From an uncultured Bacteroidales bacterium (GTDB taxonomy: Bacteria; Bacteroidota; Bacteroidia; Bacteroidales; VadinHA17): a stretch of 64,000 bases of DNA. The notes beneath the pieces are model-generated. The model searched no databases. It was not told the DNA's origin and saw nothing but the letters and a program-made list of their open reading frames with translations. The position numbers and the translations under genes are program-made. The stretch lies in contig CAWJAW010000002.1 of NCBI GenBank assembly GCA_963840965.1, positions 328,185 to 392,184 of the forward strand, in the 5' to 3' direction. Below are positions 56,879-64,000 of the stretch, piece after piece; positions within the stretch are counted from its first letter, which is position 1; the number at the start of each line of letters is the position of its first letter.

Positions 56879-58044
56879 GATCGTTTACATAGTTCGTTAA
56901 TATAATTCTGGGCCTCGGATCTGGCCAGCAAATTCGTGGTTTCAAGGTATCCAAGCCCGGGTGAAGCAAAGTATTCAGTCTTCTCCATTGTATGTTCAAC
57001 AACATCCGACATCTGAAGGAAGCCTATTTTCCCTGCCAGAAAGGCGCTGACGGCCATCTCATTGGCAGCATTCAGGATACAGGGCATATTACCTCCCTCG
57101 TTAAGGGCGTGATAAGCCAGGGCCAGGTTGCGGAACCGTCTAGTGTCGGGTGGAATAAACGACAAAGCGCCGCATTGGCTCAGATCCAGTTTAGGCAGAT
57201 CGGAGGCCAGCCTGTCGGGGTAGCTCAGTGAATATAAAATCGGAATTCTCATATCCGGCACACCCATCTGAGCCTTAACAGACCCGTCGGCGAAGTGAAC
57301 CATTGAATGAATTATCGACTGAGGGTGGATCATGACTTCAATCTTTTCGGGGAGCAGGTCAAACAGCCATCTTGCCTCGATGACTTCAAGGCCTTTATTC
57401 ATCATTGATGCCGAATCGATTGTAACCTTGTTGCCCATCTCCCAGTTGGGATGCCTGAGGGCTTCATGGGGTTTTACATTCTCAAGCATCTCCATTGTAT
57501 AATTCAGGAAAGGACCTCCCGAGGCTGTAAGAGTGATTTTGTCAACGGGATTGCCCATTTCCCCTGCGAGGCACTGGAAGATAGCGGAATGTTCGGAATC
57601 GACCGGAATGATTTTGCTGCCTGATTCCTTAATAAGCTTTTTTATTATTTCACCGGCGATAACCAGTGTCTCCTTATTTGCAAGGGCAATTTTCTTACCT
57701 GCCCTGATGGCTGAGATGGCAGGCTTCAGACCAGAGTAGCCGACCATTGCAGCAACTACCAGATCTATGTTTGAACCTCTTACAACCTGCTCTATGGCTT
57801 CTTCTCCGGCATACACTTTTACAGGATAGTCTTTCAGGGCTTCCCTGAGCTGCTGATAGTACGACTGATCGCCAATAACAACCGAATCGGGCTGATAAGT
57901 GATCGCCTGCCGGGCCAGAAGCTTTACGTTGCTGCCAGCCGTCAGTACCTCGACCGAAAACTCCCTGGGATACCTGGAAATAACATCCAGGGTCTGGGTT
58001 CCGATCGAGCCTGTTGATCCGAGTATGGCAATTTTTTTTGGCAT
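56875..58044 (-). CDS. dxr: 1-deoxy-D-xylulose-5-phosphate reductoisomerase
   Basis: Motifs ILGSTGSIGTQTLDV, LANKETLV, PVDSEHSAIFQCL and HPNWEMG. Confidence 0.95.
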   Translation of the reverse strand: MPKKIAILGSTGSIGTQTLDVISRYPREFSVEVLTAGSNVKLLARQAITYQPDSVVIGDQSYYQQLREALKDYPVKVYAGEEAIEQVVRGSNIDLVVAAMVGYSGLKPAISAIRAGKKIALANKETLVIAGEIIKKLIKESGSKIIPVDSEHSAIFQCLAGEMGNPVDKITLTASGGPFLNYTMEMLENVKPHEALRHPNWEMGNKVTIDSASMMNKGLEVIEARWLFDLLPEKIEVMIHPQSIIHSMVHFADGSVKAQMGVPDMRIPILYSLSYPDRLASDLPKLDLSQCGALSFIPPDTRRFRNLALAYHALNEGGNMPCILNAANEMAVSAFLAGKIGFLQMSDVVEHTMEKTEYFASPGLGYLETTNLLARSEAQNYINELCKRS

Positions 58045-58058
58045 AAAAACCCCTGCTT

Positions 58059-58922
58059 TTAGAAGATGACGTATTTCTCCGGATCCAGAGGACTTCCCTT
58101 GTACCAGATCTCAAAATGAAGATGCGGTCCGGAGGTATACATTTCGCCCGAGTTGCCTACAATCGCAATGGCTTCACCGGTTCGAACCAGATCGCCGGTC
58201 TCCTTCAGCAGCGAAGCATTATGCTTATAAACAGATACAATATTATTTGCATGCTGAACCTCGATAACATATCCGGTCTCCCTCGTCCACCCAGTGAATA
58301 TTACAGTGCCTGCAAGCGCGGCGTCGACCTGCGATTTAGGTTTCGTTACAATGTCGGTCCCGTAATGCCTGAGGGAAGGATCGAATTTACCGGATACTAT
58401 TCCCCTGACTGGAGGGAAGAAGTGAAGGCTGGCGAGACTTGTTTCAGCTGCCGGCAGGTACTGACCCTGAGAAATATTAAACTTTCCCTCCGTTTCAATC
58501 TGTGCCTTTAAAGCCGAATCTTCGGGGGAGGTGCGGAAAGAGATGCTGTTGTAGTTCATGGTAGAATCCCGCAAAGCCATTGAACTGGCCGGTCTGTCGC
58601 CGGAAATAATAGCAGTCAGGTTTTCAAAATAATGGTCCCTCAATGCGAGTTCCCTTTCAAGTGAATCAAGTCTGATGGCATTCAGAAGGATATTCCTCCG
58701 CATAGTCACATCGGGGTAGCCCGGAATGAATTCCCTGATATTTGTAAAGGCTATCAGGGACGCTGTTGCTCCAACAATAAAAAAGACCACAAAAAAAATC
58801 ATCAGGAACGAGTTGTACCTTGTCAGCCTTACCCTCCATACCTCCTCGAAGGTGGTATCATTGGTTACTGCAAACTTGAACTTGTCGCGCCAGCTGGTTT
58901 TCTTCTTTTCGTTTTTAGCCAT
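58059..58922 (-). CDS. M23-family metallopeptidase (membrane-anchored)
   Basis: N-terminal TM helix. C-terminal HYGTDIV...VQHANNIVSVYKHN...GNSGEMYTSGPHLHFEIW carries the HxxxD and HxH motifs. Confidence 0.88.
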   Translation of the reverse strand: MAKNEKKKTSWRDKFKFAVTNDTTFEEVWRVRLTRYNSFLMIFFVVFFIVGATASLIAFTNIREFIPGYPDVTMRRNILLNAIRLDSLERELALRDHYFENLTAIISGDRPASSMALRDSTMNYNSISFRTSPEDSALKAQIETEGKFNISQGQYLPAAETSLASLHFFPPVRGIVSGKFDPSLRHYGTDIVTKPKSQVDAALAGTVIFTGWTRETGYVIEVQHANNIVSVYKHNASLLKETGDLVRTGEAIAIVGNSGEMYTSGPHLHFEIWYKGSPLDPEKYVIF

Positions 58923-58943
58923 ATTCCCTCAATGATTGGCCAG

Positions 58944-58951
58944 CAAAGATA
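58944..58951 (-). promoter_or_regulatory. Candidate -7 promoter box TATCTTTG for the M23-dxr-rseP operon
   Basis: Exact TAnnTTTG on the minus strand, 22 nt before ATG 58922. Confidence 0.45.
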
Positions 58952-58958
58952 ATAAACC

Positions 58959-59342
58959 TCAGACAACCTTTACCGGTTTCTCTTCACTTTGCCACAATCC
59001 GTGCTTTGAGCATACCGACATTGCACAAAGGTTCATCGACACATCAGGAGCCACAATATGAAAATCGACCTCAACGTGGGCGGGCAGGTTGCCGTATACG
59101 CCTGGTGTGTAGCGGGCCTCGGCCAGAAGTGTCTCCCTGTTCCAGAGCTGGATCAGGCTTATTGAATGGTCGTATTCGTCAGGGTGGGGATAATCCTCAC
59201 CGATCCTGACCTTTATAACAAATTTTTCACCTCTCTTTGCCTCATCGGCACAGATTACGTGAGGCATATGACGGTCAAGATAATCACGTTTCAGTTCTTT
59301 CTCTTCCTCTTCTATATTCAGTGCTTGAAATACTCGTGGCAT
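58959..59342 (-). CDS. Superoxide reductase (1Fe neelaredoxin / desulfoferrodoxin centre-II type)
   Basis: Iron ligand pattern RHMPHV...YPHPDEYDHSI...CSKHGLW matches the SOR pattern KHVPVI...HPM..EHyI...CN.HGLW. 127 aa. Confidence 0.8.
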   Translation of the reverse strand: MPRVFQALNIEEEEKELKRDYLDRHMPHVICADEAKRGEKFVIKVRIGEDYPHPDEYDHSISLIQLWNRETLLAEARYTPGVYGNLPAHVEVDFHIVAPDVSMNLCAMSVCSKHGLWQSEEKPVKVV

Positions 59343-59364
59343 GTTTTTTTGTTTTTGTATTTAG

Positions 59365-59372
59365 CAAAAATA
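59365..59372 (-). promoter_or_regulatory. Candidate -7 promoter box TATTTTTG for the superoxide reductase gene
   Basis: Exact TAnnTTTG on the minus strand, 23 nt before ATG 59342. Confidence 0.45.
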
Positions 59373-59413
59373 ATTCTTATTACATTTTAATTTGTCATTT
59401 TCCGGGGAAATAT

Positions 59414-59421
59414 TATCTTTG
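59414..59421 (+). promoter_or_regulatory. Candidate -7 promoter box TATCTTTG for tRNA-fMet
   Basis: Exact TAnnTTTG, 10 nt before the tRNA 5' end. It shares the ATTATCTTTGCA context with the rimP promoter. Confidence 0.55.
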
Positions 59422-59430
59422 CACCCACAA

Positions 59431-59493
<63 letters not shown>

Positions 59494-59503
<10 letters not shown>

Positions 59504-59540
59504 AAAGAAAAAGCCCTGTCGCGTTAGCGGCGGGGTTTTT
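59494..59540 (+). repeat. 47-bp direct repeat, copy 1 (last 9 nt of the tRNA plus its terminator)
   Basis: CCTCCGCTACAAAGAAAAAGCCCTGTCGCGTTAGCGGCGGGGTTTTT. Copy 2 lies at 61718-61764 with one mismatch. Confidence 0.85.
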
Positions 59541-59541
59541 T
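59514..59541 (+). terminator. Rho-independent terminator after tRNA-fMet
   Basis: Stem CCCTGTCGC / GCGGCGGGG (9 bp including 2 G:U pairs), loop GTTA, then T6. Confidence 0.7.
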
Positions 59542-59666
59542 ATTTCGAACTGAGTATCAAACGCAGTTTGAATGCGAGGTGAAGAAATAAAAAACACCGA
59601 CAGCCGACGGAGGAGGCTGACAGGGCTTTTTATTTGTTAAGCATCCCCCCAGAGGATCATGCAAAT

Positions 59667-59685
59667 AATCCTCCCTCCGCTACAA
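59667..59685 (+). repeat. 19-bp duplicate of the tRNA 3' end (AATCCTCCCTCCGCTACAA)
   Basis: Identical to 59487-59505 and located 180 bp downstream of the tRNA. Confidence 0.8.
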
Positions 59686-59950
59686 GAGAAGACTCCTCAT
59701 CATTTTTGATGGGGAATTATTCTTTCCTCTCCTCTGAAGTTCTCATAAATTATGACTTTGCGAGAAATAAAGAATTAACATTGGAGATTAGATATGACCA
59801 CCTATCTTTAGTATTGATGACAGTTCCTTCAGAAAACAGTATCCCTTAGTTCGGAAAATGATTCTGCCTGACCATAGGTAATTTTTTGAGAGAATATTGA
59901 GTAAAAAATTAGATCTGGCAACTCCGATTTGTAATACATGTTAAAAGAAA

Positions 59951-61273
59951 TTATTGTTTTAGTGGTGATGAATGTTCTAACTCCATTCCTACCGATGTCC
60001 TGTTTTTAAAGCCGGGCCATGTTTTTATATCCTTGTCCTCAGCTGCCTTAAAATATTCTTCATAATCCAGATTTTTCAAGTGAATCCCCATAAATGCTGT
60101 CACAAAATGCTGATTTATGTTGTTTATCCTTCTCTGGTCCCAGGCTGGTTCAGCATAATGATAGTAGAAATCAAATGGTAGGCCTGCCTCCAGCGATTCT
60201 TTCGGAGGAGGGTTAGGAGCAACGTTATGCCTTGCATTAACATAGGTAAAGAGGTATCTGTCGCAGTTAACTGCCCCGTTATACACAGCCTTTGTTCCGT
60301 TTTCATATCCTGAAATATCATCCATGCTGCCTGCGACAAAAAAAGTTGGTATTTTCAATCCTTTAAGTCCCTCGCTATCCCAGGCACCACGTTCCATTCC
60401 CCAGGGTGCAAAAGCAACAACAGCCTTAATACGCAGATCACGTGATGCCATGTATTCAGGATTATTACTTGTAAGGACTTCAATAGCTTTACTCCCCCCT
60501 GCCATAGAACTGAATAATGAAATCATTTTCGGACTGTATCCAGCTCCTGCTGCATTAAGAACACCATATCCTCCCATTGAATACCCTATAAGTCCGGTGT
60601 TTTCTGCATCAGCAAGCCCGGAAAGAAAGCCTCCATTCCCACTTTTCCCCATTTCAGCTATCTGGCTAAGTACAAAAAGAATGTCCTTTGCCCTGTTCAG
60701 GAGTGTGCTCTGAAAGCCTCCTGCATCCTGATACGTTGATTCAAGGTGATCGATAGATACAACAACATAGCCCTTCGACGCTAAATTCTCAGTAAGGTAT
60801 GTCATGAGCAGACGTGATCCGACATAACCATGAGAGACAATAAGGAGTGGGTATGGACCTTTGCTCCTGTCAGGAGTTGCATCTCGTAAAGCCCTTCCCT
60901 GAAATGAAAATTGCAGAAATGGTCTCCTGGGATCATCCCTGACTCCCCTTGTCTCAGTATAAGTAACATTTTCGCTGACACCCGACAGGATCAAAGCAGG
61001 ATACCAAACCTCAAGCTTCAGATTCCTGTCGTAATGAGGTTCTAATCCATCTTTTGCCTTCAGTATGTCAATCTGGTCTTTATGAACAACTTCGATCGTC
61101 CGGACGCCAACCTTAAATTCCCCTCTCAGGGCCAGTTCAGGTGCATCCGGAAGTGCATCTCCATAAACAAAATCCTTAGATGCAAGCTGTGAAAAAGACA
61201 ATACCGGATTAGTATAGCTTAACAAAATAGCTCCGGAGAGCATAAACAGGTATTTTATAGAAGCAGGTTTCAT
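59951..61273 (-). CDS. Secreted alpha/beta hydrolase (dienelactone hydrolase / PAF-acetylhydrolase-like lipase-esterase)
   Basis: Signal peptide, oxyanion region LLIVSHGYVGSR, nucleophile elbow GYSMGG, later D and H candidates. 440 aa. The segment is visibly more AT-rich than the flanking genes. Confidence 0.7.
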   Translation of the reverse strand: MKPASIKYLFMLSGAILLSYTNPVLSFSQLASKDFVYGDALPDAPELALRGEFKVGVRTIEVVHKDQIDILKAKDGLEPHYDRNLKLEVWYPALILSGVSENVTYTETRGVRDDPRRPFLQFSFQGRALRDATPDRSKGPYPLLIVSHGYVGSRLLMTYLTENLASKGYVVVSIDHLESTYQDAGGFQSTLLNRAKDILFVLSQIAEMGKSGNGGFLSGLADAENTGLIGYSMGGYGVLNAAGAGYSPKMISLFSSMAGGSKAIEVLTSNNPEYMASRDLRIKAVVAFAPWGMERGAWDSEGLKGLKIPTFFVAGSMDDISGYENGTKAVYNGAVNCDRYLFTYVNARHNVAPNPPPKESLEAGLPFDFYYHYAEPAWDQRRINNINQHFVTAFMGIHLKNLDYEEYFKAAEDKDIKTWPGFKNRTSVGMELEHSSPLKQ

Positions 61274-61717
61274 ATCAGAATAGATTTGTATACAACTAGA
61301 ACAAGTAATTCAATTTAATCAGAAATATATTTTTGGGGGATACATTACATAACTCTTTGTATGAATCTCCGATAAAAGCATCCGAAGATATTGTCCTTCC
61401 CAACGGGTCAGGCGGGCTGTACTCTTTCTCCGTATTAATCCGTGATACCTGTTGTTTATAAGACTACAAAGCTTTATTTAACGTCTACTATTTTAATTTC
61501 ACTTTCATTAATACTGGATTATCTGTTTCTGTTAATTATTTAAGTTACCATTATTTACAATCATTAGATCATGATAAGCAACAAACACTAATGAAATCGT
61601 TGAAACGTATTAAATACTTCCTTCCTCCTGACAACGTTCTTTCAAATATAGAAAATATTTATCTTTTTTATAATCCAAATCGATCTATAATAAGGTCAAG
61701 TAAATATGTGATATCAG

Positions 61718-61764
61718 CCTCCGCTACAAAGAAAAAGCCCTGTCGAGTTAGCGGCGGGGTTTTT
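61718..61764 (+). repeat. 47-bp direct repeat, copy 2 (tRNA 3' end plus terminator)
   Basis: CCTCCGCTACAAAGAAAAAGCCCTGTCGAGTTAGCGGCGGGGTTTTT. It matches 59494-59540 at 46 of 47 positions. Confidence 0.85.
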
Positions 61765-61814
61765 CCTAATCAAGCTCCCCGAAGTATGAAGTTAAAGTAA
61801 GAACGAAGAACAAA

Positions 61815-61842
61815 CCTTCGCTTAAGCTATGGTTTGCAAAGC
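61815..61842 (+). repeat. Dispersed copy of the 55-kb repeat core (CCTTCGCTTAAGCTA-N5-TGCAAAGC)
   Basis: It matches CTTCGCTGAAGCTA-N5-TGCAAAGC at 55097-55123 and 55154-55180 with one mismatch in the fixed positions. The adjacent hairpin is GTTTGC-AAA-GCAAAC. Confidence 0.5.
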
Positions 61843-61891
61843 AAACAAACAGTTAATTAAGAAGTTCTGCATTCCGTACGACGAAAGCAGA

Positions 61892-63526
61892 TTACGGCCG
61901 TGGAAATTCACGCATCGGACTGTAGCGGATATAGGTGTCAAAAATTTCGGTATCCGGACCAACGATCCTGGGATCTTCCGATCTTATGAGTTCCCGGATG
62001 AGTTCTTCTTTCATTTCCTGTTCAACCGGTAAAAATTCAGTATTTCCGGAAAGATTAATGAGGCAATCAGGGTCATTTATCACATCATAAAGCTCATATT
62101 CAGGTCGTTTGGCAAAAGCCAGATTAAAGAACCTGCTGATCTCAGCATCGGAATGATTTTCAGCTATGAAAGATTTTGACGGAGCAGCATCCACGTCGGT
62201 GAATGCCCAGTCGGAATTATGTTTACCAGTCTCGTCGATCCCGAAAAGAGGTAAAAGTTCTGTCTCTGAGCCCGGTTTCAGCCTCTGAGGGTCACCGGCC
62301 GGCCAAAGATCAGGCTTCATGTTCCAGATAAGCAGGTATTGTGAACTGCGTATGGCGCGCTGTGGATAGCCAAGGTTATCGTATCTTGATGATGAATGTC
62401 GTTCTCTTCCTGCAAAAACATATTTCTTTGTTTCATCAACAATTCCGGATATTTTTGATCGCAGAATATTAACCAGGCTCCTTCCGGATATCGTCATCAT
62501 GCCATCAGGTCTGATACCGGTCATTTCAAGAATGGTAGGGGCAAAATCAGTAAAACTGACCGGATCGTCGACAATCCTTCTGCCCGGGAACCCTTCAGGA
62601 TAACTTACTGCAAGAGGCACATGAACGCCATACTCAAAACAATTGGCTTTAGCTCTCGGGAAAGGCATTCCGTTATCCCCTGTTACGATCACTATAGTGT
62701 TATTCAACTCCCCTATCGAATCGAGGTAATCGAGCATCCTTACAAGATGAAAATCAAACCATTCTATCTCAACAGCATAGTCAAGAAGATCACCTCTTAT
62801 TTCGTCATTATCAGGCAAAAAACCGGGCACCTCAGCCATTTTCAGGTCTTTCCCGTTCCTTTTCCATGAATCTTTTTCATAATCCCTGTGAGGTTCGGTG
62901 GCTCCGTACCAGAAATAAAAAGGTTTGCCTTCATCCCGACTGTTCATAAAATCCCTGAAGTTTGCATAATAGTTATTGCCACCTATTCCTCCGGCAATTC
63001 TTTCATCTCCCTCATCCCCTTTCGCATACTGATAGCTGTTAAAGGCCGGTCCGGCTGCATTCTCCTTCCTCCATAACGAATCCATCTCATTTCTTGCGTA
63101 CTGGAAGGGTCCGACCCCTTTACCCGTAAAGCCTGAATAATAACCGTTATCTGCAAGGAGGTCACAAAATGGAATATGTTTTTTCATCCAGCTCGATGCA
63201 TGTTGTCCGCTCTGCTCATTCTGCCAGTGATATCGACCCGTCACAAGCGAACTGCGGGATGGAGCTGACCCGGGCGAACCTGCATAGCAATTTGAAAAGT
63301 AAATACCATTGCGGGCTATCCTGTCAAATCCCGGCGTATTAACGAATTTACAGCCTGTAAAGCTTGTGTGGAGCCACGACTGATCATCGCTTATGGCTAT
63401 GAGGATGTTGGGACGGTCTTTTTGCTGAGGGGTCTCAGACTGGCATGCACCAAGTAACATGGTTCCTCCAAGCGAACAATAAATTGCAGTTCTAATGCTA
63501 TCCATATTTGCTGTGTCCTGACTCAT
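61892..63526 (-). CDS. Sulfatase (formylglycine-dependent family) with a Ser-type active-site motif; probable lipoprotein
   Basis: NILIAISDDQSW, the active-site box GSAPSRSSLVTGRY (S-x-P-x-R) and GDNGMPFPRAKANCFEYGVHVP. The start at 63526 overlaps the upstream stop (ATGA); ATG 63505 is an alternative. LLGAC is a lipobox-like sequence. Confidence 0.85.
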   Translation of the reverse strand: MSQDTANMDSIRTAIYCSLGGTMLLGACQSETPQQKDRPNILIAISDDQSWLHTSFTGCKFVNTPGFDRIARNGIYFSNCYAGSPGSAPSRSSLVTGRYHWQNEQSGQHASSWMKKHIPFCDLLADNGYYSGFTGKGVGPFQYARNEMDSLWRKENAAGPAFNSYQYAKGDEGDERIAGGIGGNNYYANFRDFMNSRDEGKPFYFWYGATEPHRDYEKDSWKRNGKDLKMAEVPGFLPDNDEIRGDLLDYAVEIEWFDFHLVRMLDYLDSIGELNNTIVIVTGDNGMPFPRAKANCFEYGVHVPLAVSYPEGFPGRRIVDDPVSFTDFAPTILEMTGIRPDGMMTISGRSLVNILRSKISGIVDETKKYVFAGRERHSSSRYDNLGYPQRAIRSSQYLLIWNMKPDLWPAGDPQRLKPGSETELLPLFGIDETGKHNSDWAFTDVDAAPSKSFIAENHSDAEISRFFNLAFAKRPEYELYDVINDPDCLINLSGNTEFLPVEQEMKEELIRELIRSEDPRIVGPDTEIFDTYIRYSPMREFPRP

Positions 63527-64000
63527 TGATAAAGATAGTAAATCAATTCCATCATCCGGAACGCAGGTTGCCCCCATAATTCCTTGTAATTATGCAACAC
63601 TGCAGCTTTCCAGTATGGAATATCAAGATCATCCCTCGTCAGTATGCCAACGGGAAGTCCCCCCACGATATCATCTGTAAACACTGCATATTGAGGTGTG
63701 AAATCGTACCCTTCACCATACATCAGGCTCTGGCTGAAAGGATTCTTCCCCTGCATCCATTCCAACTGGGCCAGAGCAACGCTATGCATTTCAGGATCTT
63801 TAAGAAGACGGTTTGCTGATGCAAGTCCCTGGGCGGGAGACAAGATAACAGAACTGTTGCCCCTGAAGGCCTGCCATACAGGGAACATCCTTAAATAATG
63901 GTTCTCGTCCAGCTTTATACCCTGCAGTATCTGCACATCATCCTCCGTTCCGTTCAGCCGGTAAATATTTGCCGGTATCATATAATAAGGGGCAGTAAGT
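63523..64000 (-). CDS. C-terminal part of an unidentified protein, possibly an (alpha/alpha)6-barrel glycoside-hydrolase-like enzyme; the gene continues beyond the right edge
   Basis: The frame is open to nt 64000. LAQLEWMQGKNPFSQSLMYGEGYDFTPQY resembles the C-terminal helices of six-hairpin glycosidases, which is a weak assignment. It is translationally coupled to the sulfatase. Confidence 0.5.
   Translation of the reverse strand, partial: LTAPYYMIPANIYRLNGTEDDVQILQGIKLDENHYLRMFPVWQAFRGNSSVILSPAQGLASANRLLKDPEMHSVALAQLEWMQGKNPFSQSLMYGEGYDFTPQYAVFTDDIVGGLPVGILTRDDLDIPYWKAAVLHNYKELWGQPAFRMMELIYYLYQ

Noticed and set aside
59634-59849. 71-aa ORF downstream of the tRNA
   Set aside because: It spans the duplicated tRNA 3'-end sequence and AT-rich spacer, has no recognisable motifs or start context, and is probably non-coding.
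59506-61764. Calling the tRNA-flanked segment a mobile element or genomic island
   Set aside because: There is no integrase, excisionase, transposase or conjugation gene. Only repeats and one cargo-like gene are present. I report it as a finding but do not annotate it as a mobile_element feature.

Overview
This 64-kb window looks like a chromosomal segment of a Bacteroidota-type bacterium. The evidence is a 2477-aa SprA-like T9SS protein, a fused LpxC-FabZ gene, and ten exact TAnnTTTG -7 promoter boxes 8-40 nt upstream of gene starts. I support about 46 protein genes, one initiator tRNA-Met, a tatA gene missing from the ORF track, and a sufS fragment at the left edge. I see no rRNA, CRISPR array, transposase or integrase. 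Most content is housekeeping: sufSDCB, thiL, the HD/lpxD/lpxC-fabZ/lpxA operon, rimP-nusA-infB, gcvH, the pepA-pdxA-ruvA-sprA operon, a futalosine-type radical SAM gene, tatA, the M23-dxr-rseP operon, and a superoxide reductase. The main candidate for something new is a tightly coupled seven-gene, 15.7-kb efflux operon (20951-36606). It runs ABC ATPase, a 1139-aa permease with a large ectodomain, TolC, an adaptor, RND permease 1, RND permease 2 and an ABC-2 permease. RND permease 2 is a single 1584-aa ORF in which a complete AcrB-type RND transporter is fused to a fully motif-intact ABC ATPase, and that ATPase fold is itself interrupted by two transmembrane hairpins. I know of no described family that joins a proton-driven RND pump and an ATP-driven ABC domain in one polypeptide, but I could not run a domain-architecture search. 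Other points worth a second look: tRNA-3'-end (att-like) direct repeats bracketing an AT-rich hydrolase islet, a CTTGCA-rich tandem repeat array at 55.0-55.2 kb, poly-G/poly-C hairpin repeats at 36.7-36.9 kb, a terminator-like hairpin in the rimP-nusA-infB leader, tandem NhaD-like antiporter paralogues behind a palindrome-rich leader, a LuxR-controlled cluster of orphan secreted proteins, and a possible A-run frameshift. All functional calls rest on motif recognition from the supplied translations and the DNA; no database search was possible.
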